A DNA stretch of 64,000 nt from Lytechinus pictus (GCF_037042905.1 NC_087252.1:9736001-9800000), one strand, 5' to 3'; shown: positions 46,911 through 60,750, numbered from the stretch's first letter. Notes: a model not told the origin generated them from the letters alone. Translations and numbers: made by a program.

Positions 46911-49900
46911 TTCATTAGAAATTTTTGTCTCCCCAGTATCGCTTAGTATTTATTCGAAAAAGGGATCCCTTGAGTTTCAGCTTCTTTAAAATTGACTGAA
47001 CTTATTGGGGGCACTTTGAAAATAGCATAAAACGCCCATTTTTTTGGCCTGATTATGACTCGTGTTCCGTGATTAGCATGGGTCTTTAATGGACGCCTGT
47101 CAATTAACCCTTTCATTAGAAATTTTTGTCTCCCCAGTATCGCTTGGTATTTATTCGAAGTAGGGATCCCTTGAGTTTCAGCTTCTTTAAAGTTGACTGA
47201 ACTTATTGGGGGCACTTTGAAAATAGCATAAAACGCCCATTTTTTGGGCCTGATTATGACTCGTGTTCCGTAATTAGCATGGGTCTTTAATGGACGCCTG
47301 TCAATTAACCCTTCCATTAGAAAGTTTTGTCTCCTCAGTATCGCTTAGTATTTATTCGAAGAAGGGATCTCTTGAGTTTCAGCTTCTTTAAAGTTGACTG
47401 AACTTATTGGGGGCACTTTGAAAATAGTATAAAACGCCCATTTTTTGGCCTGATTATGACTCGTGTTCCGTAATTAGCATGGGTCTTTAATGGACGCCTG
47501 TCAATTAACCCTTACATTATTAATTTTTGTCTCCCCAGTATCGCTTAGTATCGATTTGAAGAAGGGATCCCTTGAGTTTCAGCTTCTTTAAAGTTGACTG
47601 AACTTATTGGGGGCACTTTGAAAATAGCATAAAACGCCCATTTTTGGGGCCTGATTATGACTCGTGTGTCGTAATTAGTATGGGTCTTTAATGGACGCCT
47701 GTCAATTAACCCTTTCAAAAGAAATTTTTGTCTCCCCAGTATCGCTTGGTATTTATTCGAAAAAGGGATCTCTTGAGTTTCAGCTTCTTTTAAGTTGACT
47801 GAATTTATTGGGGGCACTTTGAAAATAGCACTAATACTATGTAGATTTCAATTTTTTTGGCCTGATTATGACTCGTGTTCCGTAATTAGCATGTGTCTTT
47901 AATGGACGCCTGTCAATTAACCCTTGCATTAGAAAGTTTTGTCTCCTCAGTATCGCTTAGTATTTATTCGAAGAAGGGATCTCTTGAGTTTCAGCTTCTT
48001 TAAAGTTGACTGAACTTATTGGGGGCACTTTGAAAATAGTATAAAACGCCCATTTTTTGGCCTGATTATGACTCGTGTTCCGTAATTAGCATGGGTCTTT
48101 AATGGACGCCTGTCAATTAACCCTTACATTATTAATTTTTGTCTCCCCAGTATCGCTTCGTATTTATTCGAAATAGGGATCCCTTGAGTTTCAGCTTCTT
48201 TAAAGTTGACTGAACTTATTAGGGGCACTTTGAAAATAGCATAAAACGACCATTTTTTTGGCCTGATTATGACTCGTGTTCCGTAATTAGCATGGGTCTT
48301 TAATGGACGCCTGTCAATTAACCCTTTCATTAGAAATTTTTGTCTCCCCAGTATCGCTTAGTATTTATTCGAAGAAGGGATCCCTTGAGTTTCAGCTTCT
48401 TTTAAGTTGACTGAACTTATTGGGGGCACTTTGAAAATAGCATAAAACGCCCATTTTGTTTGGCCTGATTATGACTCGTGTTCCGTGATTAGCATGGGTC
48501 TTTAATGGACGCCTGTCAATTAACCCTTTCATTAGAAATTTTTGTCTCCCCAGTATCGCTTAGTATTTATTCGAAGAAGGGATCCCTTGAGTTTCAGCTT
48601 CTTTAAAAATGACTGAACTTATTGGGGGCACTTTGAAAATAGCATAAAACGCCCATTTTTTTGGCCTGATTATGACTCGTGTGTCGTAATTAGTATGGGT
48701 CTTTAATGGACGCCTGTCAATTAACCCTTTCAATATAAATTTTTGTCTCCCCAGTATCGCTTAGTATTTATTTGAAAAAGGGATCCTTTGAGTTTCAGCT
48801 TCTTTAAAGTTGACTGAACTTATTGGGGGCACTTTGAAAATAGCATAAAACGCCCATTTTTTGGGCCTGATTATGACTCGTGTGTCGTAATTAGTATGGG
48901 TCTTTAATGGACGCCTGTCAATTAACCCTTTCAATATAAATTTTTGTCTCCCCAGTATCGCTTAGTATTTATTTGAAAAAGGGATCCCTTGAGTTTCAGC
49001 TTCTTTAAAGTTGACTGAACTTATTGGGGGCACTTTGAAAATAGCACTAATACTATGTAGATTTCAAATTTTTTTGGCCTCATTATGACTCGTGTGTCGT
49101 AATTAGTATGGGTCTTTAATGGACGCCTGTCAATTAACCCTTTCAAAATAAATTTTTGTCTCCCCGGTATCGCTTAGTATTTATTTGAAAAAGGGATCCC
49201 TTGAGTTTCAGCTTCTTTAAAGTTGACTGAACTTATTGGGGGCACTTTGAAAATGGCATAAAACGCCCATTTTTTTGGGCCTGATTATGACTCGTGTGTC
49301 GTAATTAGCATGGGTCTTTAATGGACGCCTGTCAATTAACCCTTTCATTAGAAATTTTTGTCTCCCCAATATCGCTTAGTATTTATTCGAAAAAGGGATC
49401 CCTTGAGTTTCAGTTTCTTTTAAGTTGACTGAACTTATTGGGTGCACTTTGAAAATAGCACTAATACTATGTAGATTTCAAATTTTTTCGGCCTGATTAT
49501 GACTCGTGTGTCGTAATTAGTATGGGTCTTTAATGGACGCCTGTCAATTAACCCTTTCATTAGAAATTTTTGTCTCCCCAGTATCGCTTAGTATTCATTT
49601 GAAGAAGGGATCCCTTGAGTTTCAGCTTCTTTAAAGTTGACTGAACTTATTGGGGGCACTTTGAAAATAGCATAAAACGCCCATTTTTTTGGCCTGATTA
49701 TGACTCGTGTTCCGTAATTCGCATGGGTCTTTAATGGACGCCTGTCAATTAACCCTTTCATTATATATTTTAGTCTCCCCAGAATCGCTTAGTATTTATT
49801 CGAAAAAGGGATCTCTTGAGTTCAACTTCTTTAAAGTTGACTGAACTTATTGGGGGCACTTTGAAAATAGTATAAAACGCCCATTTTTTTGGCCTGATTA

Positions 49901-50760
49901 TGACTCGTGTTCCGTAATTAGCATGGGTCTTTAATGGACGCCTGTCAATTAACCCTTTCATTAGAAATTTTTGTCTCCCCAGTATCGCTTAGTATTTATA
50001 CGAAGAAGGGATCCCTTGAGTTTCAGCTTCTTTAAAGTTGACTGAACTTATTTGGGGCACTTTGAAAATAGCATAAAACGCCCATTTTTTGGGCCTGATT
50101 ATGACTCGTGTTCCGTAATTAGCATGGGTTTTTAATGGACGCCTGTCACTTAACCCCTCCATTAAAAATTCTTGTCCCGCCTGTTTCGCTTGGGATCCTA
50201 TGGAACTTGGTATTCCTCGAGTTTCAGCTTTTTAAAATTTGACTGAACTTATTGCGGGCACTTTGAAAATGGCATAAAACGCTATTTCGGCCTGATTATG
50301 ACTCGTCAGCCGTAATTAGCATGGGTCTTTAATGGACGCCTGTCAATTAACCCGTTCATTAAAAAAATTGTCTGCCCTGTATCGCTTGGGATCAATTATA
50401 ACAAGGTTTTTTTTTCAATTTCAGCATCTTTAAAGTAGACTGAACTTATTGGCAGCACTTTGAAAATGGTGGAAAACACTTGTTAAGGCATTATTGTGTG
50501 CATGGTGTGCCTTAATAAGCACGGCTCTTTAATGCACGCCTGTCAATTAACCCGTTCATTAAAAATTGTTCTCTTCTATCTATCGCTTGTGATTCATTCG
50601 AACAAGGTTTTCCTTCAATTTCAGCTTCTTTAAAAGAGATAGAATTTATTGGCGGCATTTTGAAAATAGTAACAAACACTCGTTTGGCTCACCTTGCATT
50701 GTGTTCCTTCTTGTCCTTACCACGGTTCTTTAATGCACACCTGTCAATTAACTTGTTCAT
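46911..50760. repeat. Tandem satellite, ~201-bp unit, ~19 copies
   Basis: Unit ttcattagaaatttttgtctccccagtatcgc...tttaatggacgcctgtcaattaaccct recurs at 46911, 47112, 47313 and onward; the last three units are progressively degenerate. Confidence 0.97.
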
Positions 50761-50798
50761 TTCTGACCCCCCCCCCCCCCCAAAAAAAAAAAAGAAGG

Positions 50799-50829
<31 letters not shown>

Positions 50830-51866
50830 TTATTCTCAACCATAGTGATCAAGACAATGGTCATTCCCGAATTCCGTAATTTTCAAATCGCCTTGAAACC
50901 AGTTCAATGGAGCCATAGCTCCATGGTTGTTCGCTAGGCATCTTAAAGCTTCAATATTATTGGCTCAATGGGATTTAAAGGTCACAGTAAAGCTATAAGG
51001 AGTTACTCTTAATGCCATGGTAATTCCAAGCACCGGTCCCTTGTGTAATTAATGACTTAATATCCGTCAACAGAATTGGGTGTTGTAATAAAACCCGTTG
51101 ATTTGTGATTTTACCTTACATCATGGAGGTAGAATTTCTACCTCCAATACATTGAAAAATTGTTGTACATCTTAGGGGAGCTGTGCAAAAAACAACAAAA
51201 ATAAAATAAAAAACCTACAGAATAAATATGCCCGAATAATTTTGAATAAGGATTATAATTACTCCCCAACATGAATTGTTTTCTGCACTCAAATGGCAAA
51301 CAATGGAGGAACGTATTAATATCAGTTTCGTGTTCTTGCTTTCAAAATACAAAACGATTTAGCCCCAGCCTATCTGGGACCACTTATCTGCAAACGTAAT
51401 GTCACTTATAAAACACGATATTCTGAACTATGTCCCCTTCAAATAATAATAATAATAATAATAATAGCGGCATATTTACCCAGTGTAGCCACTTCAGTTC
51501 CGAAAACTGTTCTCCCTGCCCTAGGAGAGATTATAAAAGAAAATCTTTTGAAAATGTTGCTGCCGTCGTATTTAATAATAATTATTCTCTCCCTTGTGAT
51601 ATCCCAAAATGCACGTCCCTCCCTGCATAAGTTAAAAAACACTGTATAAAATTCGAACTGTCATACATGTTATTCCACTAAATAACCTTTGGAAAGCAGT
51701 TTACATTACATTGATGATTCAAGAATCACATGTGAAAAGGCCCATGGTCTTTCTTAGACAGGACCTAGATTTGTACAAATTCCATTTGACCATGTGGCTG
51801 CCCTCAACTCTTGACCCGGGACTCTTGAGTAAGCATATCAAAAAGTTTAAATCAAGTTAAATCCAT

Positions 51867-52081
51867 AATAATAATAATAATAATAATAAATTGGTTCTTA
51901 TATAGCGCATAATCAATTTCAATTGCTCTATGCGCTTTGTACAAATTGCTCTCCAATATTACAGTTACAACAAAAATAGGTATGTTTTCAATTTTTTTTT
52001 AAAAAATTCAACAGAAGTACATGATCGGAGGTGAATTGGTAAACTATTCCATAATTTGGGACCGCAAAAATCAAAACTAGC
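51867..52081 (-). mobile_element. 5'-truncated non-LTR retrotransposon end with (TTA)n tail
   Basis: 7-bp TSD AATCCAT (51860-51866, 52082-52088); the empty paralogous site is at ~58781-58788. Confidence 0.75.
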
Positions 52082-52515
52082 AATCCATGCAACTCTAAAT
52101 CCAGGCATGATTAAAAAAAAAATTAGTAGAACTTGAATTCGTGATTGTGATCACCGTTCGTGATTCTAGTTTGGTTTCGCATGTGCTGAAAAGTCATTTG
52201 CAGATTTTTCACTAGAACCATCATTTAATTTACGATTTTTTTTTACCGTTTGAAAGGGCAGTTAGACTTCTCCAATGTTTCTTTTTGAAAGGGTTTATTC
52301 ATACGTTGTTTGAAGCAAATCTGAATTAACACAGACTGTTTGAAATGATGAAAACTATTTTAATCACAATCTGTCTTCATCGTTATTCCTTTATTCCAGA
52401 ACATAGGCCCTTGAACCGCCCCTGTTAATTAAGCCATTCCTTACAAATTCTAGTCTACCCATCACCGTTTGCGTTAAACATTGATTTTTTGGTCTAATGG
52501 CTGTTAGATTACTGG

Positions 52516-53005
52516 CCGGGGGGGGGGGGCACTTCCATTGACGAGTGGATACCATGCGCGACCATGGGGTCTCGAAAAGCACACTAAACACGTATTTTCC
52601 ATATTCTGAAAATGCACCCCTTAACAAGTATTGGAAACAAAACGATACTCTTGGCAAGTATTCCCTGAATTGACCCCCTAAACAAGTACAGCGATATTTT
52701 TATTGTTATATGCACGGACGCCGTTGGTTTTAACTTTACCTACAATTGGTTTATAGTTATAGTTCGGCCCCACATCCTCACACCACGCGAAAATCGTACT
52801 CTAAACACCTAGTGTTGACTCTTTTGGCAAAACGTATATCCTTTAAAAGGCTTTACAAAACATTTTATTAATTGTTTACACCCTCGCAAATTTAACTCTT
52901 AACACGTAGCTTTCCTAGCAAAAATAGATACCCTTTTTTCATTATTCCATTGTTTTTAGTCGCGCATGGTATCCACTCGTCAATGTAAGTGCCCCCCCCC
53001 CCCGG
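52516..53005. mobile_element. MITE with CCGGGG termini and 8-bp TSD
   Basis: ~45-bp TIR ccg(g)n-cacttccattgacgagtggataccatgcgcgac; TSD ATTACTGG (52508-52515, 53006-53013). Confidence 0.85.
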
Positions 53006-53163
53006 ATTACTGGGTAAGTACAAAAGTCTCTCTGTGTGAAAAGGGCAAACAAAAGGGTAATGGAATTTGAACATAGAGTGCAATGCAATTCATCTGTCAG
53101 CCTTGCATCAAATCTTCCCCTAGTAACAAGCAATCCATTTGTTCGACATCTAAATTTACTTAA

Positions 53164-53758
53164 AGGGGAATCCAGCCTTGGCCATACAATGTTGTGTTGG
53201 GAAGGAGAAAAATAAATTAAAGAGAATAGTGAAAGTTTGAAAGAAATCGGACAAGCAATAAGAAAGTTGTAGCTGCTTTAAAATTGAGATCACTAATACT
53301 ATGTAGATTTCAAATTGGCAATTGGGTAAGTAAATTATATCAAGGGGCAAGGACAACTTTCCCATAGGCCATGTACTTTATTATCAGGGATTTGTGGTTT
53401 TCTCCTAAGTACCCATTCCCCTGGGGCAGTAATCTAAATATAACCCAGGTAGTATATTGTTTTATGTCCTCATGAAAGAAAAATATAATTTGAAATAAGA
53501 CTTCTTGGAAAAATGACATTTTAGCAATAATATGTATTGGAGTACATGGAAGAGTAGTCCTTGCCTTACATCACTATGACATCCCATATGCGGCCAATTT
53601 GAAGTCTCCATGGGTATAGTGATTACCAATATTTACAAATTTTAAAAATTCATAACTTTATTGTTGTTTGTCCAATTTTGTTCAAACTTTCACCTATCAA
53701 CTTGTTTGATTTTTCTTTTCCTTATAAATACAAGATTTTATTTGGGTTGGATTCCCCT
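53164..53758. mobile_element. Kolobok-like non-autonomous element
   Basis: TTAA | AGGGGAATCCA ... TGGATTCCCCT | TTAA. Confidence 0.8.
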
Positions 53759-53762
53759 TTAA

Positions 53763-54322
53763 GGGACAAGTCCACCCCAACAAAAAGTTGTTTGAATAAA
53801 AAGAGAAAAATCCCGCAAGCATAACACTGAAAATTTCATCAAAATCGGATGTAAAATAAGATAGTTATGACAGTTATATGCACATCCTGTTGGGTGTGCA
53901 AATGAGGAGACTGATGACGTCATCCACTCACTATTTCTTTTGTATTTTGTTATATGAAATAGGGAATATCCTATTTTTCTCCTCACTGTCAAGTGAAACA
54001 ACGATTAATTCCTCACTGAACATGTGGAATGAGCATTGTTTAATACTATATGATTCAGTCAAGTTGGTCCGTATTGTCAAATCTATAAAAAATGAAATAT
54101 TGTATAATTCAAACAATAAAAAACAAAATAAATAGTGAGTGAGGGACATCATCGACTGTCTCATTTGAGTTGTGCATATCAGTTTTGTGAAAAATAAGCA
54201 AAATTAAAAAATTTCATAACTTTCTTATTTTACATCCGATTTTGATGAAATTTTCAGCATTTTGCTGGTTCGATTTTTCTCTATTTATTCAAATCATAAT
54301 TTTTGTGGGGTGGGCTTGACCT
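53763..54322. mobile_element. Kolobok-like palindromic non-autonomous element
   Basis: TTAA | GGGACAAGTCCACCCC ... GGGGTGGGCTTGACCT | TTAA, with long imperfect TIRs. Confidence 0.8.
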
Positions 54323-54399
54323 TTAAAGTAAACTAACCGCCCTTTCACACGGGAAAAACATGCTAATTTGAATGATGATTCTAGTAAAAAATTAAGGAT

Positions 54400-57152
54400 G
54401 ACTACTATCTATTTAAATCTAAATCTATCTAAATAGTGTCTACAACACTGATAATGTTAATAGTTCGTACAACATATTTTTAGATATTCTGAATAAAGAA
54501 CTAGATGCGTGTATTCCCCTTCAAAAATGTCAAACAAATTATAAAATTACTCCTATAGACTTCCCTTGATATCGAAATCTCTTTTAATGTGTATAAATAA
54601 AAAGAATAAATTGTACTACAAATACAAATCCGAATTTACAGATAGAACAAAACAAAAATATACTTCATATAAGAATGCTTTAACCAGAATTTTGCGTTTT
54701 GAAAAGAAGAAATATTTTACAAGTCGCTTAGAGTTGTATAAACGCGACATGCAGAATACCTGGAAAGTTCTCAAACAAGCTATGAATTTAACCAAAAACA
54801 AAAATGAAATTACTAAGATAAAAAGAGATAATGATGTAATCGATAATCCCAACCTAATTGCTAACCTGTTTAATACACATTTTTCCTTAATTGGTGAGAA
54901 GTAAGCACAAAAAATACCTACATCAAATAAATCTTTTAGAGATTTTTTAAATCCTCCAAATTCAAGCTCTATTTTCTTTGTTCCAACTCACAGGAATGAG
55001 GTAATGGATATTGTTTCTCATTTAAATAACAAAAAGAGTTCTGGTTTTGATAGTATCAACAATGTTATATTAAAGGGGATAATACCTTTTATTGTTGATC
55101 CACTCGTACATATATTTAATTTGTCTTTTTTAGATGGGATAGTGCCAAATACGATGAAGATAGCAAAGGTCATTCCATTGTTTAAAAAGGCGACAATCAA
55201 GATGTGAACAATTATCGCCCTATATCTTTATTGTCATCCCTCTCAAAAGTTTTAGAAAAATTGATATATAAAAGAACAATTGCTTTTTTAAAAGATCATG
55301 ATATTTTTTGTGATAATCAATATGGGTTTAGAGCAAACATAGTACAAATCATGCGTTATTATCACTTGTTGAAAAGGTAGCCCATGCTCTCGATTCATCT
55401 TCTCATATGGTTGGAATACTCCTGGACTTCTCCAAGGCCTTCGACACTATCAACCACAATATTTTACTTCATAAACTTTCACATTATGGTATACGTGGGA
55501 AGGCTTTGGAGTGGTTCAGGAGTTATCTTTCCAATAGAAAACAATATATTTTTCTGAATGGCTGTTCCTCTGAATTGCGGGATATTACTTGTGGCGTCCC
55601 TCAAGGGAGTTTGTTAGGCCCTCTATTGTTTATTATCTATATCAACGATTTTTATAGATCATCAGATATGGCATCTTTTATATTATTTGCTGACGATACA
55701 AACTTGTTTTTCTCTCATTCAAATCCAAACACCCTTGTTGAAATTGTGAATACTGAACTAAAAAACATTACTCAGTGGATTCGAGCAAATAGATTATCTC
55801 TAAATTTAGAAAAGACCAAATATATCCTTTTTAGTAATTCAATTGATGCCTTACCAGCTGATATAGTTTTTGATGACACTCCCTTAGAAAAGGTATTATA
55901 TTCTAAGTTTCTTGGTGTAATAATTGACAATATAAGCTTTCATGGAAGATTCATATCGATAATATTTCTAAAAAGATTTCACGCAACATAGGTATACTAA
56001 ATAGACTAAAGATCCAACTTCCACCTTCTGCCTTACTAACATTATATTTTTCTCTAACATTACCGTATTTGAATTACGGCTTACTTGCTTGGGGCAACGC
56101 TCACCAAACTATCTTAGACAAACTTTTATTGTTGCAAAAAAGAGCGGTTTGAATTATTAATCAAGTAGATTTTCGTGCTCATACTGATCCATTTTTCTAT
56201 GATAGTAGTATTCTGAAAGTAAAATATTTATATCTGCTTCAATTAGGTCAATTTATATTTAAGTATACTAACGATTTGTTGCCAAATTCTTTCGATAATA
56301 TGTTTTTAAGAAATCGCGCAATTCATTATTACCCAACGAGACGATCAGAAGAGTTTCATTTGCCTTTGCTTAGAACTCTCTTCGCTAAAAATACGTTTAT
56401 ATATGAAGATCCAAACCTCTGGAATTCTTTTTCTGATTACTTAAAAAATTCTCCTTCTTTATATGTATTTAAAAAAAGATTGAAATTATCGTTACTCTTA
56501 AAATACAAAGATTAAGTTATTGTTCCTGCTACGCGCGCACCCATACATTATCTGTCCTGATCATCTGAATGATTTTGCATTATCACTCTTGCTTTCTTTT
56601 ATTATTTATTCCATACACGCAGTGTTACCTTATTTAAATATTTAAATTTTAAAATGTTTTATCTGATGCTATGACAATTTTGTTTCGACAGTAATTCTTC
56701 AGGGTATGAAATATTTAATTTTCGTTTAAGTTTTGTGCTATAATTTTTTAATAATATGTTTGTGTTTTGTAATTTTGTCTGTCCCATATTCTATTTTACA
56801 TGTCCGTCTTCGCAGGATTATAGTTACTATAGCATAATAATTGCTATTATAAATATTGTCACCGTTATCATTATTTTTTTTTCTTTTCTTACAAAATCAA
56901 GTATTTTCCAACCAACAAATTTGTTTTTATTTTTTTTTGTTAATGTTGTATAAATAAAAAATGTTATTTCACTGGGTCCTAAGCAATACAAGCTTTGCTT
57001 TTAATATAGGTTCCCCCACTTTTGTTATCTTTTTTGACAAATTCGATTTTGTGTAACTATTTCTTGATTGATATGTATTATTGTCATATATGATTTGTTA
57101 TTGTAAACGAAAGTGGAAAAATAAATTCAAATCAAATCAAATCAAATCAAAT
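54400..57152 (+). mobile_element. Decayed 5'-truncated CR1/L2-group LINE (RT pseudogene)
   Basis: Frameshifted RT motifs KSSGFDSI, MKIAKVIPLFK, NYRPISLL, QYGFR, LDFSKAFDTINH, GVPQGSLLGPLLFIIYIND, LFADDT; 3' tail aataaa-(tcaaa)n. The 5' boundary is approximate. Confidence 0.9.
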
Positions 57153-57189
57153 CTAGCACGTGTTACCAAACTAGAACATTATTGCAATC

Positions 57190-58615
57190 CAGGCGCGTAG
57201 CCAGGGGGGGGCGGTGGGGGCGGTCGCCCCCCCCCCCCAAAACGTCCCCAAAAAGAAAAAAAAAAGAAGAGAAAAAGAGAGGAGAAAAGGAAAAGCGAAG
57301 GGAAGAAAGGGAAAAGGGTAGCTTTGTGGGTTTTTTCTTTTTATTTTATTTTTTTCTCAAAAGAGAAACTCCTTCACTCTTGCTCTAAATTTATATTTTT
57401 GCTTCCGCACTGCGCGCGGTTAAATGACAATATTGCAGTTCTCCATTGTTTCCCCCACCCTTTCTCTAACCTTGTTTTTCCACCTCAGCTATATGTGTTT
57501 CTTGCCAGTTAAAGTTCAAATGTATACATTAGGGCATGGAATTAGAGTAAGGTTAGGCCGAAATATGAAGTTGTCTTTTTTTTAATTTATCGCGCAACTT
57601 CTGGTCGGGTCGGCTCCGGGCGGGTAAAATCTTTATATCAATTTCTGCCGTCACCTCCATATAGGCAAATTCTCCCGCTTTTCATCTCATTACTAAACAA
57701 CCATAATTTGGGGGCAAACAGGTTCCTAATTTAAAAAGAGGAAGGTATAAATTTCGTGTCGTATTAAATAAAAAAGTACAATATTTTTCCATCAAATTCT
57801 ATTAAACTTCATGTCATTTCTCTGCACATTCATCTCCTGTTTTGCGCCCTCAGATTGAAATTTTGAATGACAATTAAGTTTCTTTATCATTCAAAATGAA
57901 GCGCTTCAGGATAAGTCAAAGAAATTAGGCATCCTTTTTTATATAATTTCAATAAATCACAGAAGTTTCAACTTTTTGCTTACTATTTTCCTTGTAATGA
58001 AGTTCAATAATCTTAAATAATCAATTGAATTAGAGCCGATATGGTATTAGAGATATCTGCATTTGATGAAACGTCCGCCCTTTAAAATTTCAGAGTTTCA
58101 TTGCTCTGCGCGGGGAGGAATATCTTCCTCCGGCATATACACTTCTCCTCTGTTTTGCGAATTAAAGATATGCACTGTCGCTAATTGTTTGTAATCAAAT
58201 CTGATCTTTCCAAGGGAAGTATTCAATATATCTTAGAGAATACCCTTTTCTCGGAACCCTTTTCTTTGAAAAAAATGATAAAACGCTCTAGCTTCCGCAC
58301 TTCGCGCGGGGTTATTATCACTTTAATTTCCTCCATTGTATTCCTTTTTTGTGCGTTCACAATCACTTTCGAAAACAAGGTTCAAAATCACAATATAGTC
58401 GACTGAATTGGAGCTGATATAGGTACTAGAGACAAGAGAGACGGCTCCTATTTTCATTTTAATTTATGAAACACCAAAAGCTTCGCGCGGGAGGGGGAAA
58501 CTCCCCCTCCCTGCACCCACCCCCTAGGGAGCGCGCTTCGCGCGCTCTGTAAGTGTTGGCACGCTTCGCGTGCATTTACCGCCCCCTCCAAAATGAAGTC
58601 CTGGCTACGCGGTTG
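57190..58615. mobile_element. hAT-like non-autonomous element
   Basis: TIR caggcgcgtagccagg / cctggctacgcggttg; 8-bp TSD TTGCAATC (57182-57189, 58616-58623). Confidence 0.85.
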
Positions 58616-59786
58616 TTGCAATCATCATTACATTGATGATTCAAGAATCACCTGTGAAAAGGCCCATGGTCTTTCTTAGACAGGACCTAGATTTGTACAA
58701 ATTCCATTTGAACATGTGGCTGCTCTCAACTCTTGACCCGGGACTCTTGAGTAAGCATATCAAAAAGTTTAAATCAAGTTAAATCCATGCAACACTAAAT
58801 CCAGGCATGATTTAAAAAAAAATTGGGGTTAAAAGATGACCATTCTGATTTTGATGGAGAGTGTGTGTCTCCTTGTAAATGCAAAATAAATTGCAAAATT
58901 GCAAATGAGTGCTTGGATTCTTTTCCTTAATCAATCTCAACCAAAAATCCAATAATACGACACTTAAAGGGATTTTCGAGGCTGGAAATATTTATATCTC
59001 AATGAATATAGAGTAAAATTCACATAGCAAAATACTGAAAATTTGATCAAAATCGGATTACAAATAACAAAGTTATTGATTTTTAAAGATTTGCATTATT
59101 CCAGTGAAACAGTTCTAGGCATGTCTTTATGAATATTCATTAGGTTGGCTGATGATGTCATATCCCCACTTGTTCTTCTGTTCTTTTGTATTTTATTATA
59201 TGAAATTAGGTTTATTCAACATTTTTCTACCAAAAACTAAAACAATTTGATTGACAATTGATTGAGTGCATTAGTTCTTTATTGCCGCAACTTATTTCGT
59301 CATAATGGAGACACATCATTTACACATGTATGAAAAAATGAAACATTCATGATTTCATGTAATAACATAACAAAAAGGAAAGCGGGGATGTGACATCATC
59401 AGCCAACCTAGTGAATATTCATCATGATGTGCATATCGCTTCAATTGCTTACCTTTTAGTGACCATTGTTAAATGTCTTGTATTGTATAATGGGTTTTTA
59501 TTTTTAAGGTTGATCTTTTTCTCTTTCCAGTTTCCACCTCTTGCTTTCCCGTTTCTTTTGACTTATCCCTATTTCTTTCCCTTTTCTCATCCTTTTCCTC
59601 TCCTCTCTCCTCTTTCTTCCTAATCTTTCACTCCCCCTATTTTTCATTGGTAGTAATAATGTTATGGCTTTTGGCATTTACTTATGATACATTTCTTTTT
59701 CATCTGTATGAATCTGTATTGTATTTAAATATTTATTTATAACTTTTACTATAAATTTTGTTATGTTTCTATTTGTACATGTAAAC

Positions 59787-60140
59787 CGCATACACCGTAA
59801 TTCCGAAGCTTCGTTATTCCGAAGGTTCGGTTATTCCGAAGGTTCGTATTTCCGAAGGTTCGTATTTCCGAAGGTTCGTTAATCCGAAAACGAAACAAGG
59901 TTCGTTAGTCCGAAAACGAAATAAGGTTCGTAATTCCGAAGGTTCGCTAGTCTGAAAACGAAATGAGGTTCGTAATTCCGAAGGTTCGTTAATCCGAAAA
60001 CGAAATGAGGTTCGTAATTCCGAAGGTTCGTTAGTCCGTAAACGAAATGAGGTTCGTAATTCCGAAGGTTCGTTAGTCCGTAAACGAAATAAGGTTCGTT
60101 AATCCGAAAATTAAATAAGGTTCGTATTTCCGAAAATGAA
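59787..60140. repeat. Array of (ATTCCGAAGGTTCGT)-type short repeats; left arm of a foldback-like element
   Basis: Tandem 15-40-bp units; reverse-complement array at 62000-62373. Confidence 0.8.
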
Positions 60141-60617
60141 ATTAATTCATTTTGGTAACAAGAACGATGTTGTCTTTACAAGATAACAGGATATTACGCA
60201 ATAATTATGCAATAATAGTAATAACGAACGATGATACATGTGTGTGCTGTGGGCAAAGCATGTATTGCATTAAGAATAGGCGACCGGATCAAGCATAGAT
60301 TTAATTTCGATTTTATCTGAGCAATTGCTGCCTAAGCAAATGGTTTAAGGATGCAGGGGATGAAGTGTCTTGGTCGCGTGCGAGTAACCTCCAGATAATA
60401 GGATTTGTATAGGAGGGGATGTCATTTTTAATAAGAGCTTCTGCTGGTAATAAAAATAATACTAATGATGATCATAATAATCTAAACGATGATCATAATA
60501 AAAATGGTAATAAAGAATATAAATGTTAATACAATTGTATTGATCGTTACGCCTAGTGTTAACAATGTTAATCCTTTTTTCATGATTACAAAAAATGCTC
60601 GGAATGTTTACTTTGTA

Positions 60618-60750
60618 TGTGGGGCGTTGTGGCCCAGTGGATTAGTCTTCTGACTATGAAACATAGGGTCGTAGGTTCGAATCCCAGACATGGCGTAATT
60701 TCTTTCAGCAATAAATTTATCCACACTGTGCTGCACCCAACCCAGGTGAA
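60618..60750 (+). mobile_element. tRNA-derived SINE
   Basis: A box tggcccagtgg and B box ggttcgaatcc, followed by body catggcgtaatttctttcagcaataaatttatccacactgtgctgcac. Confidence 0.75.

Noticed and set aside
46943..49961. Repeated ORFs GLIDRRPLKTHANYGTRV...
   Set aside because: They arise from the 201-bp satellite; most units have stops and indels, and no domain is recognisable.
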